Sequence record: MZ358387
Strand: one strand, 5' to 3'
Source of the DNA: Shigella virus Moo19
DNA length: 64,000 nucleotides
Below, piece by piece: positions 22,648-32,114 of this stretch. Within the stretch, counting starts at the first letter, position 1. Each line of letters starts with the position of its first letter. A program made the position numbers and the translations under genes. Below the pieces are notes generated by a model, which was not told the origin of the DNA, searched no databases, and saw only the letters and a program-made list of their open reading frames with translations.

Positions 22648-24734
22648 AAATCGAGCTGATTTCAATAATCGCACTCGCCGTAGACAGCCGTAACATCACG
22701 CTGTGGAAACCTGATGGTTCCACGGTAGTCTTCCCACAAGGCGACCTTCGTGTCGCCCGTATCGTTGCCGAAGCTAAAGCCAAAGGTCTTGAACCAGGCA
22801 AGGTAATTGAAGTGAATATCGCACCAGAAATCGCAGGTAAAACTGAGTTCACTGATGCAGAGAAACACACTAACGGCCTCGTTAAATTCTTCAAAGTGGC
22901 TAAAGCCAAACTCAAAGAGTTCTTTGAAGACGAAACCGAAGTCCGTCCTGCACCACAAGTACCTGATATCAAAATGGGTAGCCCATGTCAGGTAATGGTT
23001 GATAAAGCAATGGATACCTTCCTGGCTATCCAGGCTAATCAACCAGAGGTAACTGTAGAGTATGGGGATTACGACCGCTGTAATCACCTGCTGTGGATTA
23101 CCGGGTATGACAAAGAGCATGACCGTGTTGGCTTAATTCGTTTCATTAGTGAGACTCTGAATTACAGCCCGGAACGTGCAACTACTCATGCCAATCTGGA
23201 ATGGCCTATTGCCCTGAAAGCTGTGTCTGATGATGCACTGGTAGAATTTACCAATCGTCTACAACAACTTAAGGGTGTGCACTGGGCAGTTACTAATCGC
23301 AGTGTAACGCCGGATGCTTATGAAGAACCTAAAGTTACTCAGGACAAACCTGCTGAACCAACTAAGCAAGAAAAACTGACTGCTGCGTCTGAGAAGCTGA
23401 AAGCACTGGGTGCTGTAAGTACCGATGATGCTTCCTTCCACGAAGATGTAAAAGAAGACGAAGCAATCGTAGCTGTTACGAGTGCTGGTGTAGTCCCTGG
23501 TGTTGAAGGGCTGCAACGTCATCTGCGTCAGGCAAGTAAGCTGAAAGACTACAAGGGCTTTAACCGTTTCCTTGAGCGTCTGGCTCCGGTAGTTAAAGAC
23601 CGTCGTCACTCAGTTGAAGACCTGATGAAATTCATGGAAAAAGCAGAACTTCCTATCGCTGATGATGGTTGTATTCTGTTCCTGAAACGCCTGAACTTCA
23701 AAGAGACTGGCGTAGATGGTCGTCGTGTATTCGTGGATTGTCACTCCGGTAAAATTAAACAATGGGTTGGCATGAAGGTACAGGTTCGTGAAGACCTGGT
23801 AGACCCTGACCGTCGTAAAGACTGTTCTAACGGTCTGCACGTTGCTGCTATGAGCTATATTACTGGCTTCAGCGGTAATGTAACCATCCTGGGTAAAGTA
23901 GCACCTGAAGACGTATTTGCTGTTCCTGAGTACAGCACCAACAAGATGCGAGTAGCTGCATATCACATCATTGCTGAGTTGCCTGAAAAAGAACGTAGTA
24001 ACGTCTGTAATGGCGTTTACCTGTCCAAAACGGACGTAGGTAAAAAACTACTTAACGATGCAATTGTGGGCAACCACACTGCACCAACAGACCTGGTAAT
24101 GGTTGGTGGTCATATGGGCAGCAACCTGAAATACACCCAGTTAACTGGCGGTACTGTAGAGCAAATCCGTACCACTGCATCGAAAGAAGCATTGGATATG
24201 GAAGAGTCTCTGTCACCAGAAGCTCTGAGTGCTGAACCAGTGAAAGCACTTGATGTCAAACCCGTAAACAAACCAGCGGTTGAAATTAAACCTGCTAAGG
24301 CTCCTACTGTGAAAGAACAAATCCTGGAACTGGTAAAAGAGTTCCAAAATGCAACTTCCCCGGAAGATAAGCTGGCTGCTGCTGACCTGCTGGTCGAACT
24401 ACGTGGTAAGGCTAAGAAGCCGTGGGGTGCATTCGGCGTCGATAGCTCTATCGTCGATGAGATTGCCAAAGTACGTTCCACTCAGGAACGTCTGGAAGAA
24501 GCTAAAGCCGAACCAGTGAAAGTAAGCAAGCCCGTTAAGGCTGCTGCTAAACCTGGTAAGGGCAAACATGCTGATACCATCCGTAGCTGGCTCAATGATA
24601 GTGGTATGTCTGACTATCAGAAAGCCCACTCTATTCATGACCTGAAACGTGCTGCTAAGAAATCTTATGCTGCACTGGGTCTTACTGAAGAAGAGTGCAA
24701 AGCTATTGACAAGCTTAAGCATCATCTGAAGTAA
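22644..24734 (+). CDS. rIIB-like protein (by adjacency to rIIA-like gene)
   Basis: ORF track; translational coupling (ATGA overlap) with rIIA-like gene; no independent motif. Confidence 0.35.
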   Translation: MKIELISIIALAVDSRNITLWKPDGSTVVFPQGDLRVARIVAEAKAKGLEPGKVIEVNIAPEIAGKTEFTDAEKHTNGLVKFFKVAKAKLKEFFEDETEVRPAPQVPDIKMGSPCQVMVDKAMDTFLAIQANQPEVTVEYGDYDRCNHLLWITGYDKEHDRVGLIRFISETLNYSPERATTHANLEWPIALKAVSDDALVEFTNRLQQLKGVHWAVTNRSVTPDAYEEPKVTQDKPAEPTKQEKLTAASEKLKALGAVSTDDASFHEDVKEDEAIVAVTSAGVVPGVEGLQRHLRQASKLKDYKGFNRFLERLAPVVKDRRHSVEDLMKFMEKAELPIADDGCILFLKRLNFKETGVDGRRVFVDCHSGKIKQWVGMKVQVREDLVDPDRRKDCSNGLHVAAMSYITGFSGNVTILGKVAPEDVFAVPEYSTNKMRVAAYHIIAELPEKERSNVCNGVYLSKTDVGKKLLNDAIVGNHTAPTDLVMVGGHMGSNLKYTQLTGGTVEQIRTTASKEALDMEESLSPEALSAEPVKALDVKPVNKPAVEIKPAKAPTVKEQILELVKEFQNATSPEDKLAAADLLVELRGKAKKPWGAFGVDSSIVDEIAKVRSTQERLEEAKAEPVKVSKPVKAAAKPGKGKHADTIRSWLNDSGMSDYQKAHSIHDLKRAAKKSYAALGLTEEECKAIDKLKHHLK

Positions 24735-24793
24735 CCTGTTCAAGAACCCTCAGTTGAAATATACTGAGGGTATCTTTGAAGAGGAAATGTACT

Positions 24794-25189
24794 ATGTCTA
24801 AAGTTTATCGTGTTAATCGCAAAGCAACTGATGAAGACATCATTAAGATGAATGCAGTTGGTTTATCCCTGGCAACTATTGCAAAGACGTTGGGGATTCA
24901 TCCCACAACAGTTACTTTGCGATTGCGTTCTCTAAATATTGAACCTGCCGACACCCGTCGGACGTTCATGGAGAATGTACTAACACCACTGCCCACCCAT
25001 GTGGTCGATTGGTTAGCCGAGCAAGTGGGTCCACAATATGAGATTCGCTCATATGTTCGTGACCTGCTTATGGAGGCTTACAACAATCGCCACCAATATC
25101 AAGAGAGTGCTCATGAGCGATTCCTCAAACGATACGCTGGTACAAACTCAGAACTGGTTTCTGAAAGCAGTACCAAACCCAACGAGTAA
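24794..25189 (+). CDS. Helix-turn-helix DNA-binding protein
   Basis: HTH-like segment GLSLATIAKTLGIHPTTVTLRL; ATG 24794 with gagga RBS. Confidence 0.45.
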   Translation: MSKVYRVNRKATDEDIIKMNAVGLSLATIAKTLGIHPTTVTLRLRSLNIEPADTRRTFMENVLTPLPTHVVDWLAEQVGPQYEIRSYVRDLLMEAYNNRHQYQESAHERFLKRYAGTNSELVSESSTKPNE

Positions 25190-25574
25190 AAATATCAGTA
25201 CCCAAATTGGTTGCCATTTAGAAGAAGTTCTAGAAATGGTAGATGTATTAATGGGGGAAGATTCATTTTCCCAGATGGCTCTTACCGATTTACGCCATGC
25301 ACTACGAACTGTGTCAGAGCGTATGAAAAACAATTCAGATGCCATTTATATTAATCAGGAAGACAGGGAAGAACTTCTGGACAGTCTTGCTGACCAGATT
25401 GTTACAGCGACTGGTGTCGGTGTTTTCCTGGGTATGAATGTACCCGGTGCTCTCGATGAAGTTAACCGTTCGAACTACTCTAAGTTCGAGAATGGGGAAC
25501 CAGTATTCAACGAGAACAAAAAGGTCATGAAAGGCAAAGACTATACGCCACCTGACCTGAGCAAATTTATCTAA
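25113..25574 (+). CDS. Putative MazG-like nucleotide pyrophosphohydrolase (all-alpha NTP-PPase)
   Basis: EExxE-type motif HLEEVLEMVD and downstream acidic residues; overlaps upstream gene by 77 nt. Confidence 0.4.
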   Translation: MSDSSNDTLVQTQNWFLKAVPNPTSKNISTQIGCHLEEVLEMVDVLMGEDSFSQMALTDLRHALRTVSERMKNNSDAIYINQEDREELLDSLADQIVTATGVGVFLGMNVPGALDEVNRSNYSKFENGEPVFNENKKVMKGKDYTPPDLSKFI

Positions 25575-25595
25575 CCCTCTACGGAGGGTTTTTTA
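25573..25595 (+). terminator. Rho-independent terminator (aaccctc-tacg-gagggtt + tttt)
   Basis: Read directly. Confidence 0.65.
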
Positions 25596-25604
25596 CTGGA
25601 GAAA

Positions 25605-26918
25605 TTGATGTTTTCTAAACCTACCAAGTCCCCGTTGAACCAGGGGCAGAATGCTGTCGCAGACGCTTTCTTTGACTTCCTGCTTGACCCTAATCAGTCA
25701 GAGTTCAATATCAGTGGACCTGGGGGTACTGGTAAGACTTACCTCATGTCTCACCTGATTGATGACACGATGCCACGTTACATGGAAACATGTGAACTGA
25801 TGGGTACTAAACCCATGTATCAGGAAGTTGTCATGACAGCGACGACTAACAAGGCTGCTGAAGTACTGGCTCGTGCTACTGGGCGTCCTACGTCTACGTA
25901 TCACTCATTCCAGGGACTGACTGTTAAGAACGACTTTAAGACTGGTGACAGTAATGTAATTCCGTCCAAGTCATTCAGTGTTAAACGAAACAAAATCATC
26001 TTTATTGATGAAGCGTCAATGATTGACCGTCAGTTACTGAAGTATGCCCGTGAGGGAACTCATAACAGTAAGCTGGTATTCGTAGGTGATGCAAGTCAGC
26101 TACTGCCAGTAAAAGAAAACAAGTCACCAGTATATGCTGGTAACATCCCGACTCACTATCTGACCCAGCAGATGCGTACCGACCAGCCAGAACTGAAAGC
26201 ATTGCACCAGCAACTGCGAGATACAGTTAACGGCGTAACGGGATTCCTGCCAATCAAATGTGTACCGGGAGTTATCGACTGGGTACAAGGCGAGGAGATG
26301 GAGAAGCTGGTACTTGACCACTTCACCCAACCTACTGATAGCCGTATTGTGGCCTACACGAATGACCAGGTTATTAATTACAATAACTACATTCGTGGTG
26401 CTAATGGTCACACTGGCGAATACAAAGTAGGTGAGAAACTCGTTTCTAACTCTGCTGTAGCAGTTACTGCCGAAGACCGTCTGTCTATTGAACAGGAAGT
26501 CGAAATCATCGACCAAGACAGTGCAACTCGTATGATTCGTGTCGTTAACGACATTGAATTAGAAGTACGGGATAGCACTCTTGACCTGGGTTACGGTGGT
26601 ATCGTCAGCAGTGTACCTGTTCCGACTGACCCAGATTATTTCAACCGTTTGGTTAAATGGCTGGGTAAGGATAAGAACTGGGAACCCTATTTCCGTATGA
26701 AGGAAACTATCCCAGACCTCCGTGCTCTACATGCCTGTACTGTTCACAAGTCACAAGGCTCGACTTACGACACTATCTTCATTGATGCTTCCGACCTCTC
26801 AAGCTGTCGCCAACCTGACATGGTTGCCCGTCTGCTTTATGTCGCAGTATCCCGTGCTCGTAAACGAGTTGTGTTCTATGGTGACCTGGCTCAGAAATAC
26901 GGTGGCCTTACCTACTAG
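25605..26918 (+). CDS. Dda-like SF1 DNA helicase
   Basis: Walker A GPGGTGKT, Walker B IIFIDEASM, motif TVHKSQGSTYD, VAVSRARKRV. Confidence 0.75.
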   Translation: MMFSKPTKSPLNQGQNAVADAFFDFLLDPNQSEFNISGPGGTGKTYLMSHLIDDTMPRYMETCELMGTKPMYQEVVMTATTNKAAEVLARATGRPTSTYHSFQGLTVKNDFKTGDSNVIPSKSFSVKRNKIIFIDEASMIDRQLLKYAREGTHNSKLVFVGDASQLLPVKENKSPVYAGNIPTHYLTQQMRTDQPELKALHQQLRDTVNGVTGFLPIKCVPGVIDWVQGEEMEKLVLDHFTQPTDSRIVAYTNDQVINYNNYIRGANGHTGEYKVGEKLVSNSAVAVTAEDRLSIEQEVEIIDQDSATRMIRVVNDIELEVRDSTLDLGYGGIVSSVPVPTDPDYFNRLVKWLGKDKNWEPYFRMKETIPDLRALHACTVHKSQGSTYDTIFIDASDLSSCRQPDMVARLLYVAVSRARKRVVFYGDLAQKYGGLTY

Positions 26919-26926
26919 GAGGAACT

Positions 26927-27457
26927 ATGGCACAGATAGGAACCAGAACGATTAACGACATTTCCAACAGTAGTGAAATCGTTAAACATTTGTTCTTCGC
27001 TGAATTAACCCGTCTGGATGATGTGCTTAACAAGCTCATTGACCAGAATGACCGTATTCACGGTATAGATATATCAGCAGGATTCATGTATCAGGGGGAG
27101 TATTACCTACGTTCCAACGCAAGCCGTGCACCAACCTACGGTGAGAGACTCATGCTTAACCCAGAACTCTGGGAAAAGATGAATAATTATCTCAAAGCTG
27201 CTAGTCGTCTGGTCATGGAAGTGCATCTGGTAAACCAGACCGTATTCCGTCTGGTTCGTGGTTGTATGACCTATCAGGATGTACGTGATGCTCTACCTGA
27301 ATGTCTGGTAGCGCAAGACCAGTCAGGACGTTATAAAGGGCTGGAGCGTACTCGTGAGGCTGCTTGGACACTGGCTGGTGACAAACGTGCACTAGAACAG
27401 TACGAAAAGATTTTGCCTTCGATTGAATATTACGCTGCTGCCCACTTAATCTTCTAA
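26927..27457 (+). CDS. Hypothetical protein (176 aa)
   Basis: ORF track; RBS aggagg. Confidence 0.45.
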   Translation: MAQIGTRTINDISNSSEIVKHLFFAELTRLDDVLNKLIDQNDRIHGIDISAGFMYQGEYYLRSNASRAPTYGERLMLNPELWEKMNNYLKAASRLVMEVHLVNQTVFRLVRGCMTYQDVRDALPECLVAQDQSGRYKGLERTREAAWTLAGDKRALEQYEKILPSIEYYAAAHLIF

Positions 27458-27467
27458 GAGGGAAGCT

Positions 27468-30047
27468 ATGCGTCATATCGTATCCCATGATTCCGGCAAG
27501 TATCCTATTGCCATTCTGTCTACCCGACTCAACAGGGAAGACATGATAAAAACCTATCTGCACCCCGACCAGTTATCTATGGAAGATTTTATCTTCCTGG
27601 AACTGCATTCTGCACCGGGTAAAAAGAAAACTCCTGCCAAGGAAATGAAGGAGTTTATTCAGTCAGAGTTGCAGCAAGTGCTCGACACTGCTGAGACTAA
27701 GTACGTTATCTGTACTGACTCTGACTACTTTAAGGTGCTGACTAAGGAAACTAAAGCTGAAGCCAACTTAGGCTACATCGTTGATTCCATCTGGGGTGAC
27801 CAGAAAGTTATCTATGTGCCTAACTACAGACAGGTCTTTTATGACCCACCTGTGGTTAAGGCCAAGATTAAACAAGGGATGGATGCTTTACTCAACCATA
27901 TCCGGGGGCAGTATGCTGAACCAGGACAAGGAATAATTGAGTTTGAAGCCTATCCCCGTACTAACCAGGAAATCAAAGCATGGCTTGACCAGTTGCTTGA
28001 GATGAATAAGCCATTGGCAATAGACATCGAAGCATTCGGTTTAAAGCACTATAACGCAGGCATAGGAACGATTACGTTCTGCTGGAGTAAGACACAGGGC
28101 ATTGCCTTCAACGTCGATTACGAGCCGATTGTAGGGGCTACACAGCCACCTTACGGACGAGTTAACCGTAACGACATTGTTCGTAACCTGTTACGTGACT
28201 TCTTCATGAAGTACATGCAACGGCAGATATATCACAATATCAGCTATGACGTGTATGTCCTCATCTATCAGTTGTTCATGGACAACCTGATTGATACAGG
28301 AGGACTGCTTGACGGCATGGACGTAATGCTTCGTAACTGGGACTGTACAAAACTGATTACCTATCTGGCTACAAATAGCTGTGCTGGTAATCACCTTAGC
28401 TTGAAGGAACAAGCTCAAGAATACGCTGGTAACTATGCTCAGGATGACATTAAAGACATCTGTCAGATTCCTAATGACCAACTGCTGCGTTACAACCTCA
28501 TAGATGGTCTATGTACCTGGTACACCTATGAGAAGCACTGGGATACTCTGGTAGCTGATGACCAACTGGATGTTTACAACAACATCTTTAAGCCAGCATG
28601 TGAGGATATTATTCAGATGCAGCTTACGGGTATGCCCATGAACATGGACACCGTAAATGAAGTTGCAACTGAGATGGAACAAGACCGGAACCGGGCAATG
28701 AAGACTATCCAGAGTAGCACTCTGGTTAAGAACTTCACCCTGCATCTTCGTCAGAAGTGGGTAGACGAAAAGAATCAGAAGCTGAAAAAGAAACGAGTAA
28801 CACTGGCTGATTGTAACCTTGAGTTTAATCCAAACTCTGGGCCACAACTGCAAGATTTGTTATTCGAATTCATAGGCTTACCTGTATTAGGTCTGACTAA
28901 GAGCAAGCAACCTGCTACCGATGGTGACACCATTAAAGCTCTACGAAGTCACACCAAAAATGACGACGTTAAGGAACTGCTCAATGCACTTATCGACTAT
29001 AAGCTTGTGGATAAGATTATCACTAGCTTCATCCCAGCCTTCCGTAATGCTCAGCCAGGGCCAGATGGATGGCACTACTTATTCGGCAACCTCAACCTTG
29101 GGGGAACTGTATCTGGACGGCTGTCGGCAAGCGAGCCTAACCTTCAGACAATACCATCTGGTTCGAAATATGCTAAGGCAATAAAACGTTGCTTCCAAGC
29201 ACCACCGGGATGGATATTCTGTGGATTAGACTTTGCCTCACTGGAGGACAGAATCTCTGCACTGACTACGAAAGACCCTCAGAAACTTAAGGTATATACC
29301 GATGGTTACGATGGTCATAGTCTTCGTGCATATGCTTACTTCGGTGAGCAAATGCCCGACATCGTAGACACAGTTGAGTCAATTAATTCCATTCAAGAGA
29401 AGTACAAACACTTGCGTGGTGACTCTAAAGCCCCAACATTCTTGCTTACTTATGGTGGCACGTATATGGGCTTGATGAAAAACTGTGGATTCTCGGAAGA
29501 GAAAGCTAAGACAACAGAGAAACGTTATCACGACCTCTATACGGTCAGTGATGCGTGGGTACAGGCTAAGCTGGACGAAGCTGCCAAAACTGGTTATGTT
29601 ACTGCCGCATTCGGTTTGAGAGTGCGTACTCCTTTACTGGCTCAGGTATTACGTGGGACATGTAAGACTCCGTATGAGGCAGAAGCTGAAGGCCGAACTG
29701 CTGGTAATGCTTTAGGGCAAAGCTGGTGTCTGCTTAATAACCGTGCTGGTTCAGAGTTCATGCGTAAAGTCAGAACCAGTGAGTTCAGGCTGGATATCCG
29801 ACCGAGTATTCATATTCATGATGCTCAGTACTTCATGATTCGTGACAACATGGACACGTTGCAGTTTACCAACAAGCACCTCGTTGATGCAGTTAACTGG
29901 CAGAATCACCCGGATATTGCCCATCCAGATGTTGGTCTGGGTGGAGAGCTATCTTTATTCTACCCAACGTGGGCTAACGAGATTGTCATTCCAAATCACG
30001 CTACCCCGGAAGAAGTTCATTCAACAATTCAAAAGGCATTTTCATGA
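27468..30047 (+). CDS. Family A DNA polymerase with 3'-5' exonuclease domain
   Basis: Exo I LAIDIEAFG; pol motif A GLDFASLEDR, motif B KAPTFLLTYGG, motif C IHIHDAQY. Confidence 0.85.
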   Translation: MRHIVSHDSGKYPIAILSTRLNREDMIKTYLHPDQLSMEDFIFLELHSAPGKKKTPAKEMKEFIQSELQQVLDTAETKYVICTDSDYFKVLTKETKAEANLGYIVDSIWGDQKVIYVPNYRQVFYDPPVVKAKIKQGMDALLNHIRGQYAEPGQGIIEFEAYPRTNQEIKAWLDQLLEMNKPLAIDIEAFGLKHYNAGIGTITFCWSKTQGIAFNVDYEPIVGATQPPYGRVNRNDIVRNLLRDFFMKYMQRQIYHNISYDVYVLIYQLFMDNLIDTGGLLDGMDVMLRNWDCTKLITYLATNSCAGNHLSLKEQAQEYAGNYAQDDIKDICQIPNDQLLRYNLIDGLCTWYTYEKHWDTLVADDQLDVYNNIFKPACEDIIQMQLTGMPMNMDTVNEVATEMEQDRNRAMKTIQSSTLVKNFTLHLRQKWVDEKNQKLKKKRVTLADCNLEFNPNSGPQLQDLLFEFIGLPVLGLTKSKQPATDGDTIKALRSHTKNDDVKELLNALIDYKLVDKIITSFIPAFRNAQPGPDGWHYLFGNLNLGGTVSGRLSASEPNLQTIPSGSKYAKAIKRCFQAPPGWIFCGLDFASLEDRISALTTKDPQKLKVYTDGYDGHSLRAYAYFGEQMPDIVDTVESINSIQEKYKHLRGDSKAPTFLLTYGGTYMGLMKNCGFSEEKAKTTEKRYHDLYTVSDAWVQAKLDEAAKTGYVTAAFGLRVRTPLLAQVLRGTCKTPYEAEAEGRTAGNALGQSWCLLNNRAGSEFMRKVRTSEFRLDIRPSIHIHDAQYFMIRDNMDTLQFTNKHLVDAVNWQNHPDIAHPDVGLGGELSLFYPTWANEIVIPNHATPEEVHSTIQKAFS

Positions 30048-30355
30048 CCAAAGAAACCCAAAAAGAAGATAAAGCCATGCACCACTGGATGGTATCTGCA
30101 CAGGTTGTATTTACCAACAAAGATGCCAGTGATGGTGGCGTACTTCCAATGAATGCCATTCTGCTGACCGAGCAACAGTATGTTAACGCTGCTTCTCTGG
30201 CACAGGCTCAACGTACTCTGACAGCAAATACGATGGAACGTATGCAAGCCCCAGATATGGGTATTGTTGATATCGTATTTATGGGTATCAGCTATCTGGG
30301 TCACATGACTCAGGCAGGCTTCAACCCGGATAACTCAGTTAAGCCGGGGGTCTGA
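30044..30355 (+). CDS. Hypothetical protein (103 aa)
   Basis: ORF track. Confidence 0.4.
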   Translation: MTKETQKEDKAMHHWMVSAQVVFTNKDASDGGVLPMNAILLTEQQYVNAASLAQAQRTLTANTMERMQAPDMGIVDIVFMGISYLGHMTQAGFNPDNSVKPGV

Positions 30356-30356
30356 T

Positions 30357-30635
30357 ATGACTAAGCTCTCCGGTGGTCTTAATAACTGGTATGTAGTACC
30401 AGTAAAAAATCCCCAACGGAAAGAGCAAGAGCCATATCAGGCAGAGTGTGAGGATATTATCCAGGCACTGGGCATGACCTTCGATGAAGGTTGTGCCTTT
30501 AAAGCCTTATGGCGAAATGCTGCTGCTCGTATGGGTAATGGTAAACCAGGCAACACTGCTGTTTACGATGCTCAAAAAATGGTGCATTACACCACTCGTG
30601 TATTGAATAAGGAGTTAGCTGATGAAGATAACTAA
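30357..30635 (+). CDS. Hypothetical protein (92 aa)
   Basis: ORF track. Confidence 0.4.
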   Translation: MTKLSGGLNNWYVVPVKNPQRKEQEPYQAECEDIIQALGMTFDEGCAFKALWRNAAARMGNGKPGNTAVYDAQKMVHYTTRVLNKELADEDN

Positions 30636-31602
30636 TGAACATGACGTAAGTCTGGCCTTAGCTGTCTGGCTCCTGTACGACGAATATGACTATGTGGATA
30701 ATCCGAAGTATCTTTCGGCTACCACACTGCTTAAACCACTTAAGCAGATTGTCATGAAGCACCGTGTTGACTTCAGCAATGAGTCAATCGATGTGATGGA
30801 CTTTGCTCAGGCTTCGATGGGTACTGGTTTACACGACTCTATCGAGAAAGCATGGAAGTTAGGCCATAAGTCTGCACTCAAGAAACTGGGATACCCAGAC
30901 CGTGTTGTTAATGCTGTAGTCATTAACCCTACCAAAGAAGATTTCGATAAGAACCCGAATTTAATTCCGGTGTATATCGAACGTCGTGGAACCAAGAACC
31001 TCAGAGGCTGGCTCATTGGGGGTAAGTTCGACATTGTAACAGAAGGTCTGTTGCAGGACTTTAAGTCCACCTCAACCTATTCCTGGGTTGCAGGTTCCCG
31101 TGACGACGAACATAAAATGCAAGGTAGCATCTACCGTTGGATTCACGATGATGTAATCACAGAGGATGTGATTCGCATTAACTACATTTTTACCGACTTC
31201 GTTAAGTACATGGCAGCAAATAATCCGAAGTATCCTGCCCGTCGCATTATGCACAAAGATATTCCGTTGCTGTCTTACGAACGTACTGAAGCCTGGCTAA
31301 ATGAAAAGCTACAGCTTATTGAGAAGTACTGGGATGCTCCTGAAAGTGAAATCCCTGAGTGTACTGACGAAGAGCTGTGGCGAACTGAGCCACAGTTTAA
31401 GTATTTTTCTGACCCAACAAAGGTAGATGTACCCGGAGCGAGAAGTACTAAGAACTTTGATGACATGATTTCTGCTCGCAAATTCATGGCTGAAAAAGGT
31501 GGTAAGGGTGCAATCAAAGTAGTCGAGGGACAAGTTAAACGCTGCGAGTATTGTGCCGTAGCACCTATTTGTAAACAAAGAGAGAGATATTTCCCATCAT
31601 GA
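30622..31602 (+). CDS. Putative PD-(D/E)XK exonuclease with Cas4-like C-terminal Cys cluster
   Basis: GGKFDIV...DFKST core-like motif; C-terminal CEYCAVAPIC (C-x2-C-x5-C). Confidence 0.5.
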   Translation: MKITNEHDVSLALAVWLLYDEYDYVDNPKYLSATTLLKPLKQIVMKHRVDFSNESIDVMDFAQASMGTGLHDSIEKAWKLGHKSALKKLGYPDRVVNAVVINPTKEDFDKNPNLIPVYIERRGTKNLRGWLIGGKFDIVTEGLLQDFKSTSTYSWVAGSRDDEHKMQGSIYRWIHDDVITEDVIRINYIFTDFVKYMAANNPKYPARRIMHKDIPLLSYERTEAWLNEKLQLIEKYWDAPESEIPECTDEELWRTEPQFKYFSDPTKVDVPGARSTKNFDDMISARKFMAEKGGKGAIKVVEGQVKRCEYCAVAPICKQRERYFPS

Positions 31603-32114
31603 GTAAGCTGACTCAGCAACGGCTGAAAGAGTTGCTGCATTATGACCCATTAACTGGGATATTCACTCGCCGCATTTCTTTAAGCAACCGCACACCAGTA
31701 GGTAGCGTTGCTGGGTCACTTAATAAAAGTGACGGCTACGTCTACATAACTGTTGATTCAATACGTGAATCTGCACATAGATTGGCTTGGTTGTATGAAA
31801 AAGGTGTTTGGCCTAAAGGTCTTATAGACCATAGGGATACAATACGTCATCACAACTGGATAGCAAATTTAAGGGAAGCAGATAAAAGTACTAATGGTGC
31901 TAACCGTGGACTGAATATAAACAACACCACTGGTTTTATGGGTGTTGCAAAATTCAGAAAGGGATACCGAGCAGCAATAAAGGTAAACCATAAATCATAT
32001 TTTTTAGGCGTGTTTCCAAAGGCAAACGATGCAGCAAAAGTCTATGACCAAGCAGCTATTGAACACTTTGGTGAATTTGCTGTCACTAACATGAGTTTAG
32101 GATTAATTACATGA
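31599..32114 (+). CDS. HNH homing endonuclease with AP2-like DNA-binding domain
   Basis: HNH_3-like region (SAHRLAWL...IDHRD...NLR) and AP2-like region (GFMGVAKFRKGYRAAIKV...YDQAA). Confidence 0.7.
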   Translation: MSKLTQQRLKELLHYDPLTGIFTRRISLSNRTPVGSVAGSLNKSDGYVYITVDSIRESAHRLAWLYEKGVWPKGLIDHRDTIRHHNWIANLREADKSTNGANRGLNINNTTGFMGVAKFRKGYRAAIKVNHKSYFLGVFPKANDAAKVYDQAAIEHFGEFAVTNMSLGLIT

